DNA of 64,000 nt from the NCBI GenBank assembly GCA_038087875.1, contig CM075988.1, forward strand, positions 17,362,001 through 17,426,000, in the 5' to 3' direction. The position numbers were made by a program, and so were the translations under genes. Position 1 is the first letter of the stretch. Every line of letters starts with the position of its first letter. Positions 51,163 to 64,000 of the stretch are shown here, piece by piece. The stretch is from Malacoraja senta (Eukaryota). The notes under the pieces are model-generated. The model searched no databases. It worked only from the letters and a program-made list of their open reading frames with translations, and had not been told where the DNA came from.

Positions 51163-54100
51163 CTTTAAACAAAGCAATAACATTCAACATTTGAGAAAAA
51201 AAAGTGAAATAATACAACTCAGGAGTCAAAGTGCAGATTGTGAATTTACTTGGAGTACACTTTCTTTCAGAAATAAATGCGTCAATTAACAATCTGTAAT
51301 CACTGGAAACATAAGGGCACAATTCTTCAGTTCTATTTACAGGTAATTAATTAGGAGACAAATACATTTACAATCATTTCCCTGATTGTTGCTATGGGTA
51401 ATGTCACTTCAAGCGATTATCTTCACTGAGCGCTGGCCTCAACAATTACATTGGTGGAGGGAGGACGAGTCTTCACGTGGTGCAACAGGAAGGAGGTGCA
51501 GAGGAGGTTTGGCACAATGATGCCTGGATTAGAGGGTGCTAGCTACAAGAAACGGTTAGACAGACTTGGAAAGGTGGAGGTTGAAGGGGGACCTGATAGA
51601 AGTCTACACATTTATGAGAGGCAAAGATAGAGTAGACAGTCAGAACCTTTTTCCCAGGATGAAAATATAAAATACCAGAGGGCATCGCTTTAAGGAGAGA
51701 GGGGTGAAGTTTAAAGGAGATGTGCGGGTCAAGTCTTTTTTTACACGGTGGGTGGTGGGTGCCTAGAACATAACATCTGGAGTAGTTGAGGCAGATATAA
51801 TAGTGGAATTCAAGAGCAGGGAAGGAAGCTGTTTGGCCTATCCAACGGGTGCAGTTGAGAAAGAGAAGTGAATAAAAGAGGGAGCAAAGGATGAAATAAA
51901 TAAGGGCAGCACAGTGCCACCGCTGGTAGAGCTGCTGCTTCACAGCACCAGAGACCCCGGATCATTCCTGACACCGGGCGCTCTCTGTGTGGAGTTTGCA
52001 AGTTCTCCCCGTGACTGCACGGGTTTCCTCCGGATGATCCGGTTTCCCCCCACATCCCAAAGACGTACGGCTTTGTAGATTAATTGGCCTCTAACAATTG
52101 CCTCTAGAGTGTCGGGAGTGGATGTGAAAATGGGATAACATTGAACTACTGTGAGCAAACATTTGATGGTTGGCATTCTCAGTGGGCTGAAGGGCCTACT
52201 TCCATGCTCTATCTTTCAATAAATTCAATCTATTGCGATTCTCTGTGAGAGCAACTCAGTCAGTCCCATTTCCCAGTTAGACCTGCCATTTATTTCCTCT
52301 TTAAGCATCTATCCAGACAGGATGAGTTGATCTACTTCTGCTAAATTAATGCCACATGATAACTACCTACTGCATAAAAGAAAATCCCTCAGATCCCCCT
52401 AATTCTTGGGCGAATCACTTTAAATCTGTGTTCTTCACTCAGTGAAAACACGTCCCCTTTATTCACTTGGCCATAGCCGTTCATCATTCTTGAACCTGTA
52501 TCAATTTTCTGCTCACAGGTGAACAACCCACATATCTCCAGCTTATCCATGAAACTGATGCAGGTTGGCGCAGGGGTGGAGTTGCTGCCTTACAGCGTTT
52601 ACATGCCCGATACCGAGGTTCAACAGGTGCTGTCTGCATGAAATTTGTTAGTTCTCCCCGTGACCGCGTGGGTTTTCTCCGAGATCTTCGGTTTCCTCCC
52701 ACACTCCAAAGACCTACGGGTTTGTAGGTTAATTGGCTTGGTATGCGTGTAAATTGTCCCTAGTGTGTTAGGATAGTGTTCATGTGCAGGGATCGCTGAT
52801 TCAGTGGGCCGAAGGGCCTGTTTCCATGCTGTATCTCTAAACTAAAAGGAAGTCTCTCATTCCTGGGATTGAACAATTAAATCCTCCCCATCCCTTCTCA
52901 AGGCAGGTTTTTCACACCCTTCGTTGACCAGCATTGTTTCTAAACGTAGACAAGTACAAGAGAGAAAAAGGACTAGAATGATACGCAGAAAAGCTGAGAA
53001 AAAAAGCATTAAACATTACAACATTAAATACAACTATTTGAGATCACACGTGTGGGAACTGACAGGTTCCGTGAATAAACTTTGGCACAGTAGCTTTTGA
53101 GATTTGAGGAAGAAAGCAATCGCATGTGAAAACAGAGAGAGAAGAAACTGCAGACGCTGGAAACTTGAGCAAAGTGCAATGTGCTGGAGGAACTCAGCGG
53201 GTCAGGCAGCATCAGGGGCGGGAATGGACAGACAACGTTTTGGGTCGGGACCCTTTTTCAGACTGTAATCCTGAGCAAAACACAAGGTGCTGGAGGAACT
53301 CAGCAGGTCGGGCAGCATCTGTGGAGCATCTTGACAGGGTCATCTGTCCAATCCCTCCACAGATACTCCCTGACGTGTGGAGTTCCTCCAGCACTTGGTG
53401 TTTTGCTCAAGATTCCAGTGTGTGCAGTCTCTTGTGCCCAGGGACAATTGTAATTGGGGAAGGTGGGACTAGATAGATTCCTTCTTTCCAGAGATGCTGC
53501 CTGTCCCGCTGAGTTACTCCAGCATTTCATGTTTAATTTTGGACTAGATAGAATCTCTTCTTCTTTTGTCTTGCAAATTTGTGTGGCTTCCAATTCCTTC
53601 TACGATACTGCACCCCTTTCAGTGTAGATAAGCACCGCCATTCTGAATCTGTGAGATATTTTGATTTCCTGTGATAAACACACATGCACAGTAGGAGCTA
53701 ACCTGCGTCTCTAGACTTTAGACAGACAGCGGGGAAACAGGCCCTTCGGCCCACTGAGTCCATGCTGACCAGCAATCACCCCATACACTAGCACTACCCT
53801 ACACACTAGGGGCAATTTACAATTTTATTGAAGCCAATTAACCGACAATCCTGTACATCTTTGGAGCGTGGGAGGAAACCGGAGCACCTGAAGAAAACAC
53901 ATGAAGGTCACGGGGAGAACGTACAAACTCCATACACACAGCACCCATTGTCAGGATTAAACCCAGGTCTCTGGCGGTGCAGGGTAACAACTCTACCACT
54001 GCGCCACTGTGCCGCCCCAGTGTCCTTTGCTTCAGCGAAGTGAAGTCAATAGAACTGTTTCACTCGTGAATCCTCTGCACAGAAATTTAAAGTAAGTGGG

Positions 54101-55487
54101 AATGGAGGCCCATGCGCTGTTGAACTATTCAACCTTGGAATCTGAGGCCAGTGCGGGAGCTATTGCCAGAGATTGGGTTGCAGTTTGCCCAGGTGGAGAC
54201 CATTTGTTGTAGGGATTTATTCCTGTGCCTTTGTGTCCTGTTCAGCCTCTTTGCATTTTCTCCCTCTCTTGTTTCTAAAGAACCGCAGAAAGATCCTTTC
54301 AATTCAACACGTTGGCGCTCGTTTTTTTTTTGCTTCCTTTCAAAATAAATGGCTTGCAAAGTTGGCACACAGCAGTGTTACAGAAACAAAACCAGCGTGC
54401 AAACGGAGGAGGAAGAATATTTGTAGAGCGATCTCCATCCTACACTCTTTCAATCCATGAAATGTATCGCCACTCTTATAGAGACCTGATCCTGCTTTCA
54501 GTGGTAATGTAATCTGATGAATTGATTTGCAAACCAGTTCTCTTGCTTGGCAAACAAGGGCAAGCCGATTGAGAATGTCACGATTACAACTTCTTTAACG
54601 TTTCCTCTGCCGCTCGAAATCATTGAATAAGTTCTGGTTTTTGGACATTTAGATTCTAAGTAACCAGTTTCTCCAACTTGCATCAAAAATGGACAGTTCT
54701 CTACGCATGGTCACCAATTAGAAGTGTTAACTGTTCCTCTTTCTGCAGATGCTTCTTGATCTGCTGAGTATTTCCAGCCTTGCATACTTTTATTTCAGAT
54801 TGTAGGGACCCGCAGTTGTTTATAAATCAAGGAGTTGGGCACCAGAGTGTGTTTGATGCTCAATTTTCCAGCTCAGGCACAGTCTGATGTGCACGTTCCT
54901 GTCTGTGCATTGGTTCTTAGCATCCCACCTGAAATAAGGGTTGGCAAGTTCAATCCCATCGTTTAACCCCACAGCACACCACTGGTAAAAGAGGCAACCT
55001 GCGTGGGATTTCTCCGAGATCTTCGGTTTCCTCCCACACTCCAAAGACGTGGAGGTTTGTAGGTTAATTGGCTTGGTATAATGTAAAAATTGTACCTGGT
55101 GTGATTAGGGTAGTATTAATATGCGGGGGTACACAAACATGCTGGAGAAACTCAGCAGGTGCAGCAGCATCTATGGAGCGAAGGAAATAGGCAACGTTTC
55201 AGGCCGATATTAATATGCGGGGATCGCTGGTCAGCGCGGACCCGGTGTGCCGAAGGGCCTGTTTCCGCGCTGTATCTCTAAACTAAACTAAAGAAAGACC
55301 AGGCAGAATGTGAAAACAGATCCTCAAACGGTGGTGGTTGGCAAGTTAAAACCAGCCTTTTTAAATCCCTAAAGTATAATTCCCTCTCCAAACAACTCTT
55401 GCCTCTCCACCAGTGATTATCAATTAAAACTCAATCATGTGTTGAAGTTTCTCCATGTCCTCACTCCCACTGCATTTCTGGAAGCTA

Positions 55488-55728
55488 CTGCAGGCTCTGT
55501 GCTCCAAAACCTCTGTATCCCTGCAGATTCTGTGCTCCAGTGCATCCCTGCAGTTCTTGGCTCCAGGACCTCTGCATCCCTGCAGGTTCTGTGCTCCAGG
55601 ACCTCTGCATCCCTGCAGTTCTTGGCTCCAGGACCTCTGCATCCCTGCAGGTTCTGTGCTCCAGGCCCTCTGCATCCCTGTATGTTCTGTGCTGCAGGAC
55701 CTCTGCATCCCTGCAGTTCTTGGCTCCT
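55488..55728. repeat. 32/33-bp minisatellite, ~7 units
   Basis: ggacctctgcatccctgcaggttctgtgctcca (33 bp) interleaved with ggacctctgcatccctgcagttcttggctcca (32 bp). Confidence 0.92.
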
Positions 55729-56240
55729 GCCTATCTCCTGCTTCCTTTGGCTCACATCTGACAACCTGTAACTTCAGTCCTCTTGGCCCTCTCTCTGGAA
55801 CCCGACAGCGAACTATTGACTTCAGAGCAGGTTTGCAGAGGTCAGGAACTCTTTAGAGATACAGCGTGGAAACATGCCGTTTGGCCCAATGAGCCTACCA
55901 GCGATCACCCCGTACACTAGCACCAGCGTACACACCAGGGACAATTCACAATTTTTAACAAAGCCGATTAACCTGCATGTCTTTGGAGTGTGGGAGGAAA
56001 CTGGAGCGCCCGGAGAAAACCCACGCGGTCATAGGGAGAACGTACAAACTCTGTACAGACAGCACCAGTTGTCAGGATCGAACTCAGGTCTCTGGCGCTG
56101 TAAGGCCACAGCTTTACCGCTGTGACACTGTGCTGTCTACACCTTCTGATTGGATAGCTGGATGACTATAGTTCTGTTAGGAACTGCTGGCTTTATTCAG
56201 TATCATTTAACCAAATATACGTCCATCACATTGAACATCA

Positions 56241-56465
56241 TAGATAGACACAAAATGCTGGAGTAACTCAGTGGGTCAAGCAGCATCTCTGCAGAAAATG
56301 GATAGGTAATGTTTTGGGTCAAGCCCCTTCTTCCAGCTGAATCTGACGAAGGGTCCCGACCCGAAACGTCACCCATCCATTTTCTCCAGTGATGCTGCCT
56401 GACCCGTTGAGTTACTCCAGCATTTTGTGTCTATCTTTGGTATAAACCAGCATCTGCAGTTCCTT
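56241..56465. mobile_element. Palindromic Penelope-type terminal-repeat element with hammerhead core at 56343-56370 (+)
   Basis: agatagacacaaaatgctggagtaactc...gagttactccagcattttgtgtctatct inverted arms; CTGACGA-A-GGGTC-CC-GACCC-GAAA-C-GTC. Confidence 0.7.
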
Positions 56466-57380
56466 TTTTTATTATATTAAACATCTTGACTGTCAAAAAA
56501 AAGACTTTTTTGATAATCATCTTAAATCAGTGATTTCGGTTACCGACCAATGCAACGGGCTTCTCTTAAGGAACGTTATTCATGATTTTCAACATCTCCA
56601 ACTTAAGTCAACAATGTTTGTGCCTCTCAGAAAAGCCTATGAAGTCACAGTGAGATACAGCATGGAAAGTGGCACTTTAGCCCATCAAGTCTGTCACTGT
56701 GCCACCCTAACGTCCGAGAGGCTTTGTGGAGCATTTTCAGATATGGACAATATCCTCAGCTAGCCATGAAGTTTCTTGTCTTCAGCACTGTCCCAGTAAA
56801 TTGCCATACCCATTTCAGTATATTGATGTATTTCCTACAGTACAGCAGCCAAAATTAAACATGGCCCCCAGATGAGACAAATCCCCCAACAAGAGTCATA
56901 AGTTCACAAGACACGGTGGCGTAGTGGGAAAGGTGCTGCCTTGCAATGCTTGCAGCGCCAGAGACCCTGGTTCGATCCCGACTACGGGTGCTGTCTGTAC
57001 AGAGTTTTATGTTCTCCCAGTGACCGCGTGGGTTTTCTCCGAGATTTTTGGTTTCCTCCCACATTCCAAAGACGTACAGGTTTGTAGGTTAATTGGCTTG
57101 GTATAAGTGTAAACTGTCCCTAGTGCGTGTAGGATAGTGTTAATGTGTGGGGATCCTGGTGGGCCGAAGGGCCTGTTTCTGCTCTGTCTCTAAACTAAAC
57201 TAAAGAAAACATAGGAGCAGATTCGGCCCATTGTCTACTCCGCCATTCAATCATGGGTGATCTATCTTTCCCTCTCAACCCCATTCTCTTGCCTTCTCCC
57301 CGTAGCCCCTGACACCCGGGTCACGCAGGTTGCTGCTACTTGTCACGTGTAAATAGCAGGTCTGTGCCCCAGATACATAC

Positions 57381-57513
57381 CATCATGGCTTCCAGTACAG
57401 TGAGGTGTGGCAGCAACATGTCATCTTGCATGATGTAGCAGGACATCTTTCTGAATGTTCGCAAGTCCCGTGGCTGCCCATTTACAAGGATCTGGCCTTT
57501 CATTCCCGTTTTC
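57381..57513 (-). CDS. ABCG4: ABCG4 exon ([45 protein letters not shown]-loop)
   Basis: ttttag/gtatg boundaries, 133 nt phase 2-0. Confidence 0.96.
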
Positions 57514-58789
57514 CTAAAAGGAGCACAAGAGGAGCGTAAATCACAAAGTAATTATTTTTGTTAAAGTATCGAATTATAACCAACCGAGGCCATTCAGCCC
57601 AACAGACTGATGTTCACTCTCAATACATATTCCCTTATACACTTCACAGTGGCCTCTACTTAACTAGGTCTTTGATAGCAAGTACCATATTCCAACAAAT
57701 ATGTGGATTTATTAATAACTATCTTATCCTTATGAGCAACAGTTGTGGTCTCCTCATCTCTTTCCATTTGAAGCAGGAAATGTTCTTCAATTGATGCTCG
57801 CTATGATTCATCAGATTCCACAATTACCACTTCACCTTGGCCCAGACCTATAAAGGACCTTCGGGCCATGTGCCACACGGCAGGACTGGTTCACCTGCTG
57901 CGGAACTGGGAATCGTGCCTGAAGAAGGAAGTGCCCAAGCCCGTGCCCGAGTTCCCCTCCGTGGCTTGGCCGTAAAGTTGCTGCCTTACAGCGGCAGAGA
58001 CCAGGTGGGTTCAATCCTGACTACGGGTGCTGCCTGTTCGGAGTTTGTACTTCTCCCTGTGACCACGTGGGTTTTCTTCAGGTGGTCCAGTTTCCTTCCA
58101 CCCTCCAGAGATGTACAAGTTTTTAGGTTAATTGGCTTCAGTTTAAAAAAAAATTGTAAATTGTCCCTGGTATATAGGGTGACTGTTGGTTGGCGCGGAC
58201 TCTGTGGGCCATAGGACCTGTTTCCACGCTGATTCTCTACAGTCTAATGTATAAAGGAAAGCTACCGATCCCGGCTCAGTGCTCGCTCCCGAGCATTGGA
58301 GAACCGGAGAGGAGGGTGTGGAGGGAGTTGGCGATGGCCGACGCAAGAACAAAGGGCTTGTAAGAAGAATCAGGACCCTCAAGGTCGGCTGTGAGAGGGG
58401 CCCCCGGAGGAGAAGTGCCGAATGGTGGCCGGGCATAGAGAGGAGCGACGGTTCACTTGATGATCTGGATGGAGGTGAAGGCTGCAATGGGCCTTTGTGG
58501 CCAGCTACAGCTTGGTTATTAAAAATGGCTCCAAACCTGGTGACTCTCGTGTACGGTCTCTTTCTACACACTTTGTACCTAATCTGGAATTGTGCTTATA
58601 TATACTAATAATTTACTTAACAGTGTGCAAAAAAAATAGTCACAAATGTCAATGGACCAAATTGTTTTTTTCTATTAATGTTTTATGAGCTAAGATTCAG
58701 CAAATTAAGTTCACTAATGTTTTTTATTGGTAAACAGTTAATCAGTGTAACGATGCAAGAATCAATAGCAATAAGCATTTGACACTCAC

Positions 58790-58907
58790 CTGTACCCTGC
58801 TAAAATATTCATGAAGGTGGACTTCCCAGCGCCTGAAGGACCCATTATGCCGATTAGCTCCCGACTGCAGAACCTTCCGGATAGACATTTTAAAAGAGTC
58901 TTGTACC
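58790..58907 (-). CDS. ABCG4: ABCG4 exon ([38 protein letters not shown]; Walker A); upstream first coding exon not found in window
   Basis: ttttag/gtgagt boundaries, 118 nt phase 1-2; GPSGAGKS P-loop; KCLSG..RELIGIM is ABCG4-type. Confidence 0.96.
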
Positions 58908-59165
58908 CTAAAAGACAAAGTTAAACAGTGCATGAAAATGTGGGTTTAATTGGAAAAGTTGATCCTTGGAAATTTAATAAAAAGGAACTGCAGATGCTGG
59001 TTTATACCAAAGGTGGACAGAAAATGCTAGAGTAACTCAGTGGGTCAGGCAGCATCTTTGGAGAGAATGGATAAGTGACTGAAAAAGGGTCAGACTGAAG
59101 AAAGGTCCCAACCTGAAACATCACCCATCCATTTTCTCCAGAGATGCTGCTGACCAGCGGAGTAA

Positions 59166-59720
59166 AGGGGCTGTCCCACTGCGGCGACCTAATTGCCGAG
59201 TTTAGGAGAGTTTGAAAAAATGACATGTTGAAGACCTCCTTCGATTATGTAGAAGACCTCCTTCGACTATGTTGAAGACTAGCTTCGACTAGCTACGACT
59301 AACTTCGGGAAAATTGTACACTGAAAAGTGGAGAGTGAAGACGACCTCCTTCGATCTCCTTCGACCTCCCTTCCACTATGATGAAGACTATCTACAACTA
59401 CCTTCGACTACCCTCGATTACCTACCAATAACATACCGACTTACTACGACCTACTAGGACCTGCTTCGACTGAAGCTACAAGTAAAAAAATATAGATTTT
59501 TTCCATGGCGACCTTTTTTTAAAAACTTGCGGGCATTTTTCAACATGTTGAAAAATACGCCGCGACCTAGCTGAGGCCTCGAGTACACGGAGACTACTCT
59601 CGAGCAGGAAGGAGAGTTACGAAGACCTCCTAGGACCTCGTGTCGACCATGCTGCGAATATGAGTCGAGGGCAAACTCGCCAGAACTTGCGGATTAGAAC
59701 GCCGCAGTGGGACAGCCCCT
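59166..59720. mobile_element. MITE with 21-bp perfect TIR, probable PIF/Harbinger superfamily
   Basis: AGGGGCTGTCCCACTGCGGCG ... CGCCGCAGTGGGACAGCCCCT, flanked by TAA / TTA; interrupts a GAG-TTA-CTCCAGC site of the Penelope-type repeat. Confidence 0.8.
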
Positions 59721-61056
59721 TTACTCCAGCTTTTTGTGTCTATCCTTGGAAATTAATTTAAATTCAGGATAGATGGAAGTCTTCTTATTATGTGCTGGAC
59801 AGGCATAAAGATTAATTTAAATTGCCATAAAACTGTTAAAAAAAAACTGCAAGAAGGCTGTGATTTGGCTGATAGAAGAATTATACCGATGCAGTTGACC
59901 TTGATCCATCCAATATAACAGTAAAGTACATTGTTATGGCAGAATATTTATCATCATATGCTTGATAAATCCATGAATGTCTAATTGAATTACTGTTATG
60001 GCCGAGAATCTGCAAGTATCCAGCAACAAATAACATCCGAGCTTGAGCAAAAGAATAACATTTATTTTAAATTCCTCTGAGTCATTACTTCAATAAATGT
60101 GATGTTAAACAAGGTGAGATTTAAAGTGATTGGTTCGTCTGTTTCTGGTAATTGACTGGAATGAAGCTGGCTGAGATGGTAAAATTAATATCCAGACCCA
60201 GCATCAAAAGAGTTAGCTGAGCACCAAAGTTCCCTAAATGAGGCTCAATTGTAAGTTGTAAGTAAATGAGGCTTGATTGTAAGTATTATTATTATCATCC
60301 TTTAGATCCAGGAGAGGTAAGTTTGCTGGATCATTATCTGGGAATCCAGCATTGCTCTGGCATTACTGTCCAGGAGGGTCATTTTAAACTAAAACGTTCA
60401 AGCTCCTTTAGATTTTAGACTTTAGAGTTACAGCTTGGAAACAGGCCCTTAGATCCACCGGGTCCGAGCCAAGCAGTGATCAATTCATATGCTAGCACTA
60501 TCCTACACACTAGGAACAATTTACAATTTTACCAAAGCCAATTAACCTCTAAACCTACACGCCTTTGGAGTTTGGGAGAAACCGGAGCACCTGGAGAAAA
60601 CCACGCGGTCACAGGGAGAATGTACAGATAGCACCCTTGGTCAGGATTGAGCCTGGGTCTCTGGTGCTGTAAGACAGCAACCCTACCATTGCGCCACTGT
60701 GCCGCCCTTGAATTGAAATAAAACTAAGCCTTGAAACAAAAACCCTGTGACTCTGAAGCAAGAGAGTTGGTGATTAAACTAAAGGGACAGAATACACCCG
60801 GAGTGGGGGGACTGCCGTGAGGGAGGGGAAGGGGGAGAAGAACAAGGGGGAACTGGCGCGGTGGGGAGGGGGGGGGGGATTTGTAACTTTGTATGCGCTC
60901 TTTATGGGCAACTATTTGCGTACCTTGGCACGGTATGCAAGCAAGGTATTTCACTGTGACTGGTCACATGTAACAGTAAAGTATTCAATCCAATTCAATT
61001 CAACACCGCAGGTTAAGCCACAAAGTTTTAATGAGTTCACATCCTTACTTCAGATA

Positions 61057-61350
61057 TCTATATTACTAAAAGTCTGATCTTGACCACTTCCTGTTGTTCT
61101 GTATATTGATTTTAGAAAAAACGCTGTCACTTACGGCTGTGATTTTGGCCATCTTACTCAGAGTCCCCCTCCGCAGCGCAGGACAAGAGGATGTTTCCCA
61201 TCGATGAAAAATAAAAGAGTTGTTAGTGTTTAAAAAATGTTGTGATTCTCTCTCCGGAGGGACTATAAAACCCAGAAGTGTTGAGTGCCTCAGTCAGTCT
61301 CTGCAAGCTGGGGGAGCGAGAGGGTCACGTCTCTCAGTGTGAGCTGTGAA
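61057..61350 (+). mobile_element. Possible Helitron 5' fragment
   Basis: begins A|TCTATATTACTAAAA, typical of Helitron 5' termini; no 3' hairpin-CTAG found. Confidence 0.4.
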
Positions 61351-61477
61351 TGAGTCTGGAGTGACATGTAGGTCAGATAATATAAGGAAGGCAGATTTTA
61401 TTTCTTGAACAAAATGGGTTTTAACAATATTTGGTAGAATTAAGGGATCGTACAGCAATGGTATAGGAGGCCACTTC

Positions 61478-61670
61478 AGGAACACCGAATGTAGTAGATG
61501 AGGTTAGAGGAGGTTCACGTGACCTTTGTCTCACCTGGAAGGATTGCTGGGGTCCCGGGATGGAGGCAAAGGAGGAGGTATAGGGACAGGTGTTACATCT
61601 CCTGCGGTTGCAGGGGAAAATACCTGGGGAAGGGGTGGTTTGGGAGGGAAAGAGTGAGTGAGCCAAGGAG
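61478..61670 (-). mobile_element. Penelope-like element GIY-YIG endonuclease remnant (frameshifted)
   Basis: PGIFPCNRRRCNTCPY..GPQQSFQVRQR then, in a shifted frame, TSSNLIYYIRCS: the Cys-rich linker and first GIY-like strand typical of vertebrate PLE endonucleases; weaker plus-strand remnant near 42360-42460. Confidence 0.7.
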
Positions 61671-63595
61671 CTGCATTGGGAGAGGCATTTTGTTAGGTCT
61701 CTGGAAGAAGCAGCTAATAATTGTTATGAGCCAAGTGCCCTCTAAGCTGCAAAGAGAGAAATTATGTATTTATCATCTACGTAATTTAGAACTGCAATTT
61801 GTTGGAATATAAATATAGTTGATGTATTGTTCTCGTTTAAAATGCAAAACAATAAAATTCCTTTCAGAAATTATTTCATGAAGGAAAACTTGTTTTTAAG
61901 TAATATGATGTTAGGACATTTATCTCTAATTTACTGCCTGTTATATGTGAGGAGGCCACTAAATTAGTTGTTTGACAGACTGTGGTGTTGGTACAAAGTA
62001 GAAGGGACAGAACATCCTACACCTGGCTGCTGGTGGACATGTTAAATGGACAACTTTAACAATTGCTCCATCACTTCACTTTAGACTTTACAGAAACAGG
62101 CCCTTCGGCCCACCCGAGTCCACGACGACCAACAATCATCCCGTGCACTAACTCTATCCTACACACTAGTGACAATTTAACAACATACCAAAGCCAATTA
62201 ACCTACAAACCTGTACGACTTTAGAGCATGGGAGGGAACTAGAGCACCTGGAGAAAACCCACGCGGTCAAGGGGAGAATGTACAAACTCCATACAGACCG
62301 CACCCGTAGCCGGGATCAAACCGGGCTCTCAGGTGCTGTAAGGCAGCAACTCTACCGCTGCACCACTGTGCCGCCCCTAAACCGCTGTTGTATTTAGTTA
62401 GTCCCATTCTGGTCATGTCTAATTTTTCTCTTCCTACTATTTGCTAACAGCTATCCTGTTCCGATATCTCGGCTGCTAGATACAATGTCCAGTTTTAGTC
62501 AGTTATGACATTCATAAGCACTTTCAGGATCTCTGAGATAGGAAAGGGGCTGAAAGAAGTGGCAGGAACAGAAAGTTTCCAAAAGTGATCAATAAGCATT
62601 GTCAAAAAATATGCTTTGTGTTGGGCCAAAAGGCCTCTTTTTATGTCGTATGACTCTATGACTATTATAGTGTACAAAAACATGAGGGGAGTGGACTGGA
62701 TGTATGCACAGATACTTTTTCCGCAGGTTTGGGAAAGCAAGAACAAGGGGCAACTTTTTCACATGGGTATATGGAATGAGCCGCCAGAGAAAGTAGTTGA
62801 AATAGGGACAATAACAAGATTTAAATGATAGACACGAAATGCTAGGTTAAATGCTGAAGAAGGGTCCCGACCTGAAACGCCACCTATCCATTTCCTCGAG
62901 AGGTGTTGCCTGACTGTTACTGAGATGTTGAGTTACTTCAGAATGTTGTGTCTATCTTTGGTATAAACCAAATATCATTTAAGCCTCTGCAGTTTTTTTT
63001 ATTGTAACATTTAAATGATAGTTTGACAGTTACATGGATAATAAAGGTTGGAGGGATACGGATCAAATACAGGCAAATGGGACAAGCACAGATGGGTATC
63101 TTGGTCAGCATGGGCAAGTTGGGCTGAAGGGCCTGTTTCCAATCTGCATGAGTCGATGACATCTCTGTGTGTAGACTACAAATGCTAACAGGGTGGGCAC
63201 CAGGTATGGAACATGTTGTAGCCAGAGAGGGTGGGGAAACAATTAATGCTTCTAAAAGGTTGTTGGAAAACTTTAAAATCAAGTCGAAGATGAGATCTCC
63301 TTTCAACATCCCAACGAATGCTAAACCGAATGTTGATGCATTTCCAGGCCGAGAGTCAACAGCTGATTAACGCGAGCTGGCAGGCTCTTTCATTAGCTCT
63401 TAGACACTGCTTTTCCTCACTCAAACGTATTTTAAACACTTCAATTAGATGCCAACAGCTAACAAAACCTCAGTTCATGAGCAGATCTTGTTACACGATT
63501 AGCGTTGTGCGCGCGAGGAAGATGACATCATTGTGCAATGCTGGAAATAAAGCTGCCAACAATGACCAACTTTGCAGAAACTGATAACAGCAAAC

Positions 63596-64000
63596 ACCTC
63601 CCACTCCCTCCATAACCCCTTCTGCTCACTCTCCACAACACCCCCCTCCACACCACCCTACCCCCACTGTCCACAATCCCCCCACCCCCCACACCCCCCA
63701 CCACCCACCCCCGCACTCTCCACCCCCCCCGCACTCTCTACCACTCCCACACTCTCCACCCCCTGCACTCTCCACCCCCCGCACTCTCCTCCCCCCCCCC
63801 CCCGCACTCTCCCCCCCGCACTCTCCTCTCCCCCCCCCGCACTCTCCACCCCCCACACTCTCCACCTCCCCCACACTCTCACCCCCCACACTCTCCACCC
63901 CCCACACTCTCCACCCCCCACACTCTCCACACCCCCCCCCCGCACTCTCCACCCCCCCCCGCACTCTCCACCCCCCGCACTCTCCACCCCCCCCCACACT
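63596..64000. repeat. C-rich minisatellite (CCCCC[C]n-RCACTCTCCA), runs off window end
   Basis: repeated cactctcca core separated by C5-C13 runs. Confidence 0.92.

Noticed and set aside
63626..63999. Gly-rich ORFs on the minus strand
   Set aside because: Low-complexity minisatellite translation; no resemblance to the missing ABCG4 N-terminal exon

Overview
Eukaryotic (vertebrate) genomic DNA. The repeat content (HE1/V-SINE-like tRNA SINEs, CR1/HER1-like LINE fragments, Rex1/Babar tails, Penelope remnants) points to a cartilaginous fish, probably a skate or ray. Two spliced genes lie in tandem on the minus strand. ABCG4 has 13 coding exons visible between 58907 and the stop at 34102; its first coding exon is not in the window and it probably has a ~4.9 kb 3' UTR. 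RNF214 has 6 coding exons visible between 18933 and 401 and continues off the left edge. All exon boundaries are GT-AG with consistent phases. Most short ORFs in the track are repeat-derived or spurious. Most notable: (1) many dispersed, often palindromic Penelope-type terminal repeats carrying a minimal hammerhead-ribozyme core (CUGANGA-A-stemII-GAAAC-GUH) on both strands, plus a GIY-YIG remnant; (2) an 8x33-bp coding minisatellite and an extra symmetric exon in RNF214; (3) a ~650-bp foldback inverted repeat; (4) Harbinger-like MITEs; (5) an LTR with a tRNA-Met-like PBS; (6) a T-free higher-order hexamer satellite next to the probable RNF214 promoter; (7) a purine repeat that forces a distant branch point in an ABCG4 intron.
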